A DNA stretch of 63,003 bases, the filler included, from Choristocarpus tenellus KU-1152 (lineage: Eukaryota > Protista > Phaeophyceae): assembly GCA_964200185.2 (NCBI GenBank). It is 11 parts of 11 records of this genome, joined end to end, with 100 filler letters (N's around TTAATTAATTAA, not from the genome) between each part and the next. Parts side by side here need not be neighbours in the genome. Positions count along the whole stretch, not along the records: positions 11,820 to 14,536 come from CAXNAD020025344.1; positions 14,637 to 17,493 come from CAXNAD020024158.1; positions 17,594 to 23,344 come from CAXNAD020009845.1; positions 23,445 to 29,956 come from CAXNAD020007975.1; 7 more parts are not named here. One strand, given 5' to 3'. Shown piece by piece: positions 12,108-23,506 of the stretch. The position numbers and the translations under genes were made by a program. Every line of letters begins with the position of its first letter. Positions within the stretch are counted from its first letter, which is position 1. The notes under the pieces were generated by a model. The model did no database searches. It was not told where the DNA came from and worked only from the letters and a program-made list of their open reading frames with translations.

Positions 12108-13687
12108 CTCAGGCAGCACCAGAACACTCCAGCAGCCATGTTTGGGTGATCCTTTGCTATATAGATGGACAGTCCATTCATGTTGTGACTATACACGGCA
12201 TGGAACCCGTAGTGCTCCTCACTGCCCTCCACGCCATTGAAGGATAACGCCTGTTTCTCCACTACAAAAACGCTCACCAGTTTGGGAGTGCTGAACCGCC
12301 GCGCGCCGTTCCAGCAAATTAAAAATAATAAATAATAAAAAATAAAAAATAAAAAATCGAAATGAATGATTGTTATTTTTATTTACAGTGTGGTATTTTA
12401 ACATCAATAATAACAATAATAATAATAATAATAATTACCTCTCGATTACTTTGACTGATGGTATGCATTATGTATGTTACAATACAGCACATGCATGGAT
12501 ACATACACATTTGATGAATGTATTATGTATGGTACGTTATGCATCTCACTCAGAGGATCCTTGAGGAGTATTTAGATTGTGTACAGAAGTGCATCCTCCT
12601 GCAGCCAACGCGGCCATGATTGAGTATATCTGAGGCAACCCCACTCGATTCAATAAGGCGAGGGAGGCAGCCTGGTCTCAAAGCAGGCAAGAGGGGAAGG
12701 GAGGGGAGGGGGGGGGGGCAGAGGGTAAAGAAAGTAAGAGCAAAAGAACATTGTGCAGTTGAAGTACTGTGAGCAGTATACATTGGTATTTTATGTTATT
12801 ATCGTTGGTATTTAAAATAATATATATATATATATATATATATGTAAATGTAAATATAAAAAATAGAATATCATGCCAATCTCTGGTGTTCACCAAGTAT
12901 TTCTCCCCACGTAAACCCCAGCACCCCCCCTCACCCCACCATCTGATATGTTTCTATATTACTTTTTTAAAATAATATTAAGAATAATAATAAGAAGAAG
13001 AAGAAGAATAATGATAATAATAATAATAATAAAACAAATGTGCGTTGGCGTGAGATGAAGTATCGTGTTGAATCGCATCAACCAATGAGAGAGGCAAGAA
13101 AATGCACCATTTAAAAAAAAAAAAGGAAAATATTTTTGCAGCAACTCTTTGTATACTGATATCAAAGATCCTTACATAAATTTTATATATATATATATAT
13201 ATATGACCACTTACATCTTGTTTTTATTATAAAAGTTAAGGTGGCATGCAGGTTTTCTACTGCTGACTTGCAACGACCAATCAAATGATAGCCAGCCCAC
13301 ACTCCAGAAAAAAAAACATTAGAAACACATCAATTCACTTCACACAAAAAATACAAAAAAGGAACTATCAAACCAAGTCCTACAGAAACGACTTTCTATG
13401 CCCTCCCCCCCCCCCCTTCCCCCCCCCACCCACCCCCCCTCCCCCCCAACCACCTCCCATCCAAACCCTCAATGCCCAAAACATCGCCCTCCAACGCACT
13501 AACGACAACTGACCTTGACATCTTTTGACACCTTCCCCTCGGAATCCTTTCCACTTCCTCCTCTTGATCCGGCTAAAAGCTTTGTAAGGGCCACAAACTT
13601 GGCCAAGATGTCTTTGAACCAGTCAGCTTTCACCGGCCCACACAGGTTTACATCAAAATTCAAGGGGCTTAGACTGCCACTTTCCAC
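12108..13687 (-). CDS. Unidentified spliced gene fragment, exons 13687-13514, 12671-12550, ~12290-12108
   Basis: GC-richer islands within AT/microsatellite-rich introns, with AG/GT borders and compatible phases (0, then 2). No domain recognised. Confidence 0.5.
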
Positions 13688-14391
13688 CTGTTTATGAGTA
13701 AGTAACCCCCATTAAGAAAGGGGGGGGGGGGGAAGGTGAGGGAGGGATACAAATTTAGTTGTCGTTATCATTATCATTTCTTATTTTTTATTGAACATTG
13801 TATAATGTCTGCAGCACAATGTTCACCATTTTAAACAATAGCGCGTGTTTGTTTTTTTGTTTTGTTTTGTTTTGTTTTGTTTTGTTTTGTTTTATAACAC
13901 CTCAAATTCCAACACTATACTTGCTACCTACCTCTACCATCTGCCGCCCGGTTGTCATCGAACTTTACAATTATTTTATTTTATTTTATTTTATTTTATT
14001 TTAAGAAAAGGTCATGTTTTCATTTCGAATATTTCTCATTGCACAATAAAAAATTTACAAAAAAAAAATCTTGGCACTGCCGTTGATTAATATTTCTTAT
14101 TTAATATTTTTTAATTAATATTTTTTTAATGAATACTCTTTAAGAAACGCTCATGCAAAAAATCACTGGAACCTGTGTTAGTCGGTGAAAAAAAATGGAT
14201 GTAGTGCATCGGAATTTAAAAATTTTTTTAAAGTATATATTTTGTATCGTCTCCCTGATTTCGCAGCGTGAGCCATACCTGTGTATATATATATATATTT
14301 ATTTTTATTTATTTTTTATTAAAACGCACAAAACGCCTTCGTGAATGACAACCCTTTTCATCACTCTCACACAAGCAAAAAAATGAATAAA

Positions 14392-14536
14392 GGCTCAAAA
14401 GTATCTTGGAGGAGGGAGGGGAGGGTCTACACCAGGGCATCCATTTGAACCCTGACCAGGAGAAGTGCACTTGCATTATCCATCCGGCTCGTGCAACCAA
14501 GTTCACCCAAGAATCGGAACATGGAGATACACCCCC
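14392..14536. mobile_element. MITE family B, truncated by the contig end
   Basis: GGCTCAAAAGTATCT, a G-rich tract, TCTACACCAGGG, then B interior. Confidence 0.85.
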
Positions 14537-15204
14537 NNNNNNNNNNNNNNNNNNNNNNNNNNNNNNNNNNNNNNNNNNNNTTAATTAATTAANNNNNNNN
14601 NNNNNNNNNNNNNNNNNNNNNNNNNNNNNNNNNNNNAGGCATAGCTTCCACTTTATTCCCCTACCAGCAACGTACTGTACTGCTGTGTGGTCATGACTCA
14701 GGAAGAAAGGCACTTTTCGCGAGAATTTTTTACGCGCGCGCCAAACTCGCGTGAATATCTCCCCGATTTTGTACCAAGTCGCCCGAGAATTCCGGTACAA
14801 AAGCCTATTTTTTTTTAGTATGTCGAAAAAAGCAGTACACAAATGGGTTTGGTACATAATATTTGGTAGAAAATTGGGATAGGTACTGTATGGACTTCAA
14901 CCATTTTTCATATCCTGTGCAATTCACCCTATTTTCTTTTCCTTATGCGCAGATTGGGGGTCCACAAGAAGTGGAAGAAAGGACTTCAGTCCAGAAGAGA
15001 GGACTCCATTGACAGATATTGATTGTTGGCAGAGAGAGGTGTGAGGAGAAGGTGGATGAAGCGATAGACTGAATTTTAGAGAGTTGTATTCTCTAGTGTT
15101 TAGGAACTTAATGGAAGATAAATAACAGTTTGGAAGATAGAAAACCCTACTGTCCCGAACTGCTAATTCCAAACTTGGAGAAATTGTGATAAGATTTTTT
15201 TTTC

Positions 15205-16640
15205 TTGGGTATACCGATATAAGAGAGGTCGATAAAAGAGGAAACTGGATATAAGGGAGGGTAAATTGCCTTGTCACGATTTTTCAGACTATTAGAGAGG
15301 TTCCGACGTTTTCTTGCATATTCTCTATTATATAGAGCAAATTCCCACTTTTTTTCACTACTTGATCGATAGATTTCCCAAGAAGCCATGTCTAAAGTTG
15401 AGCAAAAATATAACAAAGGCACATGCTCGAGACCAGCAGTACACAGGATAGCGGTCTTTTGTCTCTCAGTACTGCACGGTACAGTACATACAGCATATCA
15501 CATCAAGTTTAGACAACTGCATTGTACAGATATACGATCCCCCGCGGAGTGGGATCCAGCTGCAACATATAGGGTGATAATACTCCCGGTCCACCACACT
15601 ATACATGCCATAAGTGTTGTGTTTGTAGCGGTTATCATCATGGCATTTGCGGCGTCGTGGATCCTTCTGGTGCCAGCAAAATGAAACTCGTGAGTGAAAG
15701 TATATTAGAGGGTACGGTTTTGCCCTGTTTGTCCATTTGGGGCTTGGCTTCTCATGTTTTTTTTAATGGCATTTTCCTAATCCAAAATGTTTTGGAGTAG
15801 GTAAAATGTGTATGTTACGAAAAGATGTGTCCGGAACATGGATATTGACAATTCCTAACATACACGATGGACAAAATTACATCAAAATCGCAATATTGGA
15901 TTTTGGCCCCCAAATGGACGCGGCTCTACCCCTAAGATACTTTGGCTCTCGTGTGCAAATTGTGCGTGAGCCCCACCCAGCGCAAGGCTTCGAGGTTTCC
16001 AGCCGGTGACAACACGAAGTTGAAGCGCCACAATAGCAAGAACAAGGGCAAGGGGAAGCTGCTGCCAAATATGTCGACGGAGAAAGTCGCGTCCTACAAG
16101 CTTTGCGGTGTCGACAATTGTAAATGCTTGAGCTTTACAGAGAAGGTGGAAGTGTTGACACTCCTGAAGACCATGGCGGGAACTGAGGTTGCTCAAAAGT
16201 TTGGAATCGGTCACAGCACCCTCTACAAGTTGAAGAAGGAGGCAACAGCCGTCATGGAGAAAGCGCCGATGCTGAAGCCTGACGCCAAGTCTACGGGGGG
16301 TGCCAAAAACGTTGAGGTGCGTCAGCGCGTGGATTGAAAGTCTGAAATTAGGTTGATTGCGGTTGTGATTGAATTGTCTTTCTGTACTGTCTACTGATAA
16401 GGATCATGATTGAATTTTTTGAATTTTTGCGCGCGTTTCTGTTGTACTGTAATGTCTGTACTGTGTAATGTAGTATCATGGGTGATCATTTTTGTCGTAG
16501 AGGTACATCCCACAAGATGTCTTTATATTAATTAGGATATCTCTGATGCTCTTGACATACTGTACCTCAATCCCGGCGGAAAACCATCTCAGGGTTCCAT
16601 TAATGCAGCAAGAGCGTGGATCGGTAAACAGACACGACAC
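15205..16640 (+). mobile_element. pogo/Tigger-like DNA transposon, 5' part (PHD-like finger plus CENP-B-type HTH), interrupted by a family A MITE
   Basis: Colinear with the reverse complement of 19530-20659. ORF 15942-16337 has LSFTEKVEVLTLLK...TEVAQKFGIGHSTLYKLKK, an HTH_psq/CENP-B N-terminal pattern. Confidence 0.8.
15692..15948 (-). mobile_element. MITE family A inserted in the pogo transposase gene
   Basis: TIRs present; flanks TCGT/TCGT. The empty site is visible in the paralogue at ~20190. Confidence 0.95.
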
Positions 16641-17109
16641 AGACACATTCCTAATGACATTCCCTCCCGCACAATACTGTCCGAAGTGGTAGCAATTGAG
16701 ACCCCATTACATTATGTAGAAAGGTTTTCAGGTCAACGACCATACCAATTTCGACCACCATTGCTATGTTGCCACCTGTGTAAATATCTTTCTGAAGCTA
16801 CAGATACAATTCCGAATGAAAGCAATTACGCGTCAAAATCGGAGTAAACCCTATGCATGGTGGTCTGTTTATCCTGCCGTATAAAGCACGCGTCTGTCGA
16901 TGCTGACGGCAAATTTTGTCGTGAACACTAAGACGCCTCCATGTCATGGCGGTTTGAAATCCAGGGAGCAAATGCTCAAGCTAGGCCAAGATTGGTGACG
17001 TGTACGGTATTGAAGAGTTTCCAACGTATCCACCCTGCATTGCGCTTTTCTCCGTCGTGAACACAACCACATATCTCTATGCGTGTTTATGTGTTCATTT
17101 GCATTCGGA

Positions 17110-17493
17110 GCTTGTACCAAACAGCTGTCAACAGTGGTGTCACCAACGTTTTCAAATCCGATGCCCTGTATTTATTACCATTAGAATTGTGTACACACCC
17201 GTTGTCAATGGTGGTATCACAAACATTTTCAAATTAGATGCTCTGTATTTCTATCCATTAGAACCGTGTACACACCAGGGGTCAATAGTGATATCACACA
17301 CTCTGCTACTTCGATGCCCTGTATTTCATACCATTAGAACCATGCACACACAAGCTGTCAATAGTCGCATCACAAACATTTTCAAATTCGATGCCCTGTA
17401 TTTATTACCATTAGAACCGTGTACACACCAGCTTTCAGCAGTGGTATCACACACACTGCTACTTTGATGCCCTGTATTTAATACCATTAGAAC
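17110..17493 (+). repeat. Tandem satellite, 76-77-bp units alternating as a ~153-bp dimer
   Basis: GATGCCCTGTATTT..TACCATTAGAA recurs at about 17160, 17237, 17313, 17390 and 17466. The array runs into the gap. Confidence 0.9.
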
Positions 17494-17593
17494 NNNNNNN
17501 NNNNNNNNNNNNNNNNNNNNNNNNNNNNNNNNNNNNNTTAATTAATTAANNNNNNNNNNNNNNNNNNNNNNNNNNNNNNNNNNNNNNNNNNNN

Positions 17594-17619
17594 CCCCCCC
17601 CTCCAAGATATTTTGGGTC
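17594..17619. mobile_element. MITE family B terminus at contig start
   Basis: Poly-C followed by AAGATATTTTGGGTC. Confidence 0.65.
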
Positions 17620-18247
17620 TGTAGTTGGGTTAGGGTGAAGGTTAGGATCAAACTGGGTACCGCCCAAGGTTTGGGGATCCTGTTTAAACTCAGATGCAGT
17701 TGTCCATGTTGGCACCTTTGGGGATAGAGTGATCATGCAGTGTAACCGAACCATAAGCAAAGGTTGGGTGAATCATGCTGGGCGGTTTTTGTTCTGCCAG
17801 AGAAGGAGTTTAGAGGACAAATAATTAAAATATGGGGACAGGGATGAGTTTGACCCATGCAAACTACTTTACGGCTTGAATATTCACTACACTTTGCACA
17901 AATCTTGGAGAGAATGTTTAAGGTATCAAGCTGGGCAAGAGTTTATGTCCAACATATTCCTTCTCCTGCAAACCTTTCCCACTGTTTTGTGCCTGATTCC
18001 TATTTCTGGAGCGAGATGCCAACACGATTCAAATAAATATATTGAGATGCCAATTTCAATGCGTAGGGAAATAGTATCAATACTATATGGTCAGGTTTTG
18101 AGAAGAGGTCGATGAAGTGGTCTATGAAGTGTAAGTCATGTAACAGGTCGAAGTCAGGACCCATCCATACATCAGATGAATCATACCCGTTCACTCAATA
18201 TGTCGTTTTCTGTCTATGTTTAAATCGATGAGTATGTCATGTTAATA

Positions 18248-20659
18248 CAGTCGGTGTACCTATTAAAAAAAAAGGGTAGGGGCATGCAAAAACCCTTCTC
18301 TTATATCCCGATCCTCTCTTATTGTAAATAAGAGCGCTTTTATCTTAAACCGAGGGATCGTGATAAGAGAAACCTATTTTATATCGAGCAAAAGTGGTCG
18401 CATGCACTTTATACTTGTCCCCAAACGACGACAGAGCGACTTCCTTGCTGCATGTACTTTCCATGTGCCTTCAAGAGTAGTTACATGCAAAAATATATTG
18501 AGCATTGAGTGAAAGTACCTTAGAGGGTAAGAGATTTGCCCTGTTTGTCCGTTTGGGGTTTGGCTACCCATCATTTTTTTGTTTTTACATTTTCCCACTC
18601 CAAATTTTTTCGGAGTAGGTAAAATATATGCGTTACGAAAAGGTGTGACTGGAACAAGGATATTGACACTTCCTAACAAATACGATGGCCAAAATTACAT
18701 AAAATCGCAACATTGAATTTTGGCTATCAAATGGACACGTCTCTACCCTCTAAGATACTTTGGCCCATTGTCCTCGGCGAGCCCATTTCAATGGAGCTGT
18801 GGTGGTGGAGCAAGCACCACATCTGCACCACCCCTCCACATCATACCAGTGTTGTATGTATATACCGTACAGTAACTAGGGTAAAATTACACTCATGACG
18901 ATGTATTCACTCGTATGTATAGTACACCTTCCCAAGAAAAGCATCCGCAAGCCATTGGATGACTGGACAGATGACTCTTAGTTCAAATCAAAACAACGTT
19001 CAAAGCCAATCTCGCTCCAATACCCTGCCCTACGTATTCAACTACACTCTACTAGGATATTATACAGTACAGTATCAAAAACACCATCATGGATCAAATA
19101 TAGTTGCATCGCTATGCACGTCCCATTGCACGCACTGAGTAAAACAACTTATTCGCTGATAAAAAAATCGCGACTGCCAAAAAAATCTCGAATGTCCGCT
19201 TGATTGATTGCCCTTGCCCCGATCGTGCTGAGCCAAGCCAGCTTTGCTTTCCGGAGATGGTATGAAACATCGTTCATGCTGCGCTCTTCGATGGTTGTTT
19301 CTAAGGTTGCAAACTCGTCAGCTACTTGAGAGTACAACGGTGGAGGAATCGAGAACATCAAAGAGACTGCTCCTTTCCTCACAGCCCCCAACTCGCTGCC
19401 CTCTCCCATAAACCCATCGTCATCCTTGTCACCTGAGTTTTCATTTTCTGACTGGTACAAGGATTTCTCGAGTAGCTGGTCTTTCATGTCCTCTAGTGTT
19501 GCATTGACCACTTCATCGTTGTCTTTCACACCGATTCACGCTCTTGCTGCGTTGATGGAAGCCTGAGACGGCTTTCCGTCGGGTTTGAGGTGCAGAGCGT
19601 CAAGAGCATTAGAGAGATCCTCATTATTATACAGGGACCCCTTGTGTGGGACGTTACCTCTACGAAAAAAAATGGCCACCTGTCATACTACAGTACACAG
19701 TACAGACAATAAAGTACGACAGAAACAAGCGCAAAATTTCAAGAAATTCAATCATGATCCTCATCAGCAGACAGTGCAGAAAGACAATTCAATCACGATC
19801 ACAATCAACCACTTTCAGAATTTCAATCCATACACTGACGCACCTCGGTATGTTTGGCGTCAGGCTTCAGTGTCTCTGCTTTCTCCATGATGGTTCTCGA
19901 CTCCTTCTTCAGCTTGTAGAGAGCGCTGTCACCGATTCCAAACTTTTGACCAACCACAGTTCCCGTCATGGTCTACAGGAGTTTCAATGCTTCCACCTTC
20001 TCTGCAAAGCTCAAGCATTTACAATTGTCGGCACCACGAGGCTTGTAGGACGTGACTTTCTCCATAGATATATTTGGCAGCACCTTCCCCTTGCCCTTGT
20101 TCTTGTTATCATGGCGCTTTGACGCCGTGTTGTCACTGGCTGGAGGACTCGAATCCTTGTGGTTGGTGGGGCTCACGCACAATTTGCACATGCGTTTCAT
20201 TTCGTTGGCACCAAAAAGGCCACAAATGTCATGAAGATAGCCACTACTACAAACACAACACTTATGGTATGTATAGTGTGGGGGACCAGCATGTTGCAGC
20301 TGGGTCCCGCTGCACAGGGCATCGTTGTATCTGTACAGTGCATTCATCTAATCCTTGATCTGATATACTGTACGTACTGTACTGTGCAGTATTGAGAGAC
20401 AAAATACTGCTATGTTGTGTACGCTGGTGTCGAGCAGTTTAGTGTCTTTGTTATATTTTGGTTAACTTTCGATATGACTTTTTGTGAAACCCCTCGATCA
20501 AGTAGTGAAAAAAAATGGAAGTTTGCTCGATATAACAGAGAACTGGCAGGAAAACGCCCAAACCTCTCTTACGGCGTGAAAAGTCGTGACAACGCAATTA
20601 CTCTCTCTTATATCACATTTTCTCTAATATCGACCTCTCTTATATAGGTACACCAACTG
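18248..20659 (-). mobile_element. pogo/Tigger-like (Tc1/mariner superfamily) transposon with both ends, internally deleted and non-autonomous
   Basis: TA|CAGTCGGTGTACCTAT ... ATAGGTACACCAACTG|TA gives TIRs plus a TA duplication. Transposase remnants run 20347-19840 (Cys/His finger, HTH) and 19529-19149 (acidic C-terminus ending QADIRDFF). No DDE core is visible. Confidence 0.88.
18507..18766 (-). mobile_element. MITE family A nested in the pogo element
   Basis: TIRs present; flanks ATT/ATT. Confidence 0.92.
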
Positions 20660-20873
20660 TATTCAACATCATTTTTTGTGACAAAGAAAGATAATTTCCA
20701 TGAGTCTACAGAGCATACGTACAACGTATTGTTTAGGAGATGGAGTAAGTGAGAGCCAGTTTTGCATCCCATCTTTGGATTAACCTTGTTTCATTCAACA
20801 AGGAGAGACAGTGGTGTGTGTGCCATGAGGACAGTTTGATTGAAGGGTGAAATCTAGGTGAAGAAGCCCGATT

Positions 20874-22631
20874 ATGTTGTGTTCAATGTCAAGAGTTCTT
20901 CGAGGTCCTACTTTCGCTAGGTTTGTAAGGAACAAGTCCACCTCAGGTCAGCGAAGTCATAGACTTGTATCTATTTCCATCGAACAAACAGAGTAAATCA
21001 CCTTGAACAAATGGTGATGGTCGATCCAATGAAAGTGTGATGGGGAATTATTTATGCCTTCTTCTCCCTGTGTTTCCCTCGGCCTCGGTTCCCGCAGCGT
21101 ATCCTCCAGCCTGGATCGAGGTCGCCACCAAGCAGCTTAAGGGGAAGCCGGTAGAGTCACTTGAGCGCAAGACTCCGGAGGGGGTCACGCTGAAACCCCT
21201 CTACTGGCCAGGAGATCTGGAGGGATGTTCCTTCATTTCCAACCCCGAAGAACATGCCCCAGGATTGTTTCCATACACCAGGTGTGAATGCCAACCTGTT
21301 AACCATACCCATCACTTCGAAAGGTTCAACGACAATCTTTTGTTGCGTCGATCTGGCCAAGAGCATCTGCCGCACGAGTTGATATTGTAAACTAGTAGGG
21401 ACCGTGGGGTGATCTGATCTTCTTGCTGTGCAGTAAGATATATGTTCATTGGACTTCATACCAAACTTGGTTTCAAGGGTCAAGGTCTCAGTGAATCTGT
21501 CCTTGCATCCATTCTCTAGGGGGCCATATCCCACCATGTACACGGCCCGCCCATGGACGATTCGCCAGTATGCGGGGTTCAGCACGGCTGAGGAATCAAA
21601 TGCCTTTTATCGACGAAACCTTGCTGCAGGTGGGTGGTCAACATGTCTTGCACCATCCAAGACAACGTTGTGGCATCCAACACGTTCAAGTTCAAGAAGC
21701 ATCATATTGCCAGTGCCTTGTGTTCAATAATTTCAATTTATTGGTTGCTTTGCCAAACTGCTGTGATATATTTTCTCCTCTTTTTGAGTGCAGGTCAGCA
21801 AGGCCTCAGTGTTGCCTTCGACCTGGCAACACACAGGGGGTACGACTCTGATCATCCTCGAGTTACTGGTGACGTTGGTATGGCGGGTGTTCCTATCGAT
21901 TCCGTGGAGGACATGAAGGTAAGTGGGAAAGACAATTGTGGTAGCAACACCCTATTATTGTAGGATTTGCTTGGAAATAGAACGTTTTTTTTTTCCTAAC
22001 ATAAATATAAATAAAAATATATCCATAGTTTAAGCTTCTTTTGTAGTTTGCACTTTGGTGTTTAAACTGTGACCAGTTGTGGCGAGTGGTGATTTGTAAG
22101 CCAATAATGGTTGGGAGGTAGGAGACATAGTGCAAGAAAGGCATTTTTATCAACATAATAGCTTGTACCTTACAAAACAGTTGATAGGATGTGTGTGTGT
22201 CTTGCAACATCTTCTGCCCCTTCAGTTTTTTTTCTTGTTCATCTTGGTTCTTGGAGCAGCAAGAGTGTGGTTGTACCCATTACTCTAACCCTATCTCTGT
22301 TCATATGCAATGCAGCAGAATGAGCACATAAGCCTTTTTTCTGTAGTGAGGGAAGATATTTAACCCGTTTGGACACCGGAGTGTATTCGTTACGGGGTTT
22401 GTTGCCAAGAGCGAGCCCCTGAAACAGGTGAAGTCAAGAAGGTGCTTGCCGTAGTGAATATCTTTGTGTCATATAAGATCTAGCAGTGGTTACAAGTACA
22501 ATTTCATTGACTGCTTCCACTTCACTTCTTTGTGCTGTCAATGTCCATCAGGTTCTGTTTGATGGAATCCCACTGGATAGTATGTCTGTCTCCATGACCA
22601 TGAATGGTGCCGTGCTTCCCGTTCTTGCCAT
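20874..22631 (+). CDS. MUT: Methylmalonyl-CoA mutase, mitochondrial, 5' part. Exons 20874-20946, 21098-21281, 21520-21629, 21794-21918, 22552-22631
   Basis: Spliced translation contains [91 protein letters not shown] and [15 protein letters not shown]. All phases are consistent, and there is an Arg-rich, acid-free presequence. Confidence 0.97.
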
Positions 22632-23444
22632 GTGAGGAGGGGTACTGTTGAATGTTCCTTTTCCAACAATAATGTATGCACATATACGATGTATGTAGCA
22701 GGACAAACAGGGATGTCATTGAAGGCCCTGTTTGGTGTACATATTATCTTGTATATGTAAAGGTGTAGGGTGTGTGGTCTTGAGCTGCACATGTCCAAAA
22801 GTCCTCATCAAAACATATCTTGCCCCTGCATTTTTGGTACTGTGTACAAAAAGGAGTAATGATGGGCCCTCCAATTCTGTTCTTTCCGTGAGAATTGATT
22901 GATTAGGTGTCAACTCTAAACCTCAATCCTGACCCCTACTGTTATCCGTAACCCTAAGACTTTAACTTTGATGATTCCTAACCTTTCACTTCCCGTGTGC
23001 TGAGTGAGCTTGCTGAGCTGTGCTCTCCCCAAAGTCAGTTCGAAACTCAAAACGATGAAAATTTTGTGTTCACAAGGTTATTTTTAGGTCTAAAGTCGGC
23101 GCTTGTCCGCACCTCCTGGTCTCAAAGTGCCCCAGCTTTGTCCACTATGCCAGCGTGTTTTTCAGTTCAATATTATGAAGTATATTCAAGAATGCCACTG
23201 CACCTCAGCCCTCACAGTCACAAACATACATAACAAAAAAATCTTTGCCTGTAGTTCTCATGGAATGCCATGGTGATGGTGCAGCAACAGCATGCAGTGT
23301 AGTAAGGCAGCAACATTGCTTTTGCACACTTTTTTTTTGGGGGGNNNNNNNNNNNNNNNNNNNNNNNNNNNNNNNNNNNNNNNNNNNNTTAATTAATTAA
23401 NNNNNNNNNNNNNNNNNNNNNNNNNNNNNNNNNNNNNNNNNNNN

Positions 23445-23506
23445 ATATCCACCCAAAGGGCCACCCTGGTGGACGGCCCCCCCCCCCCCCCCAGATACTT
23501 TGGGTC
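23445..23506. mobile_element. MITE family B terminus at contig start
   Basis: CACCCTGGTG...polyC-AGATACTTTGGGTC. Confidence 0.8.

Noticed and set aside
17110-17493. Conserved 28-nt core with variable intervals as a CRISPR-like array
   Set aside because: The intervals are homologous to each other and alternate between two types, which makes it a satellite.
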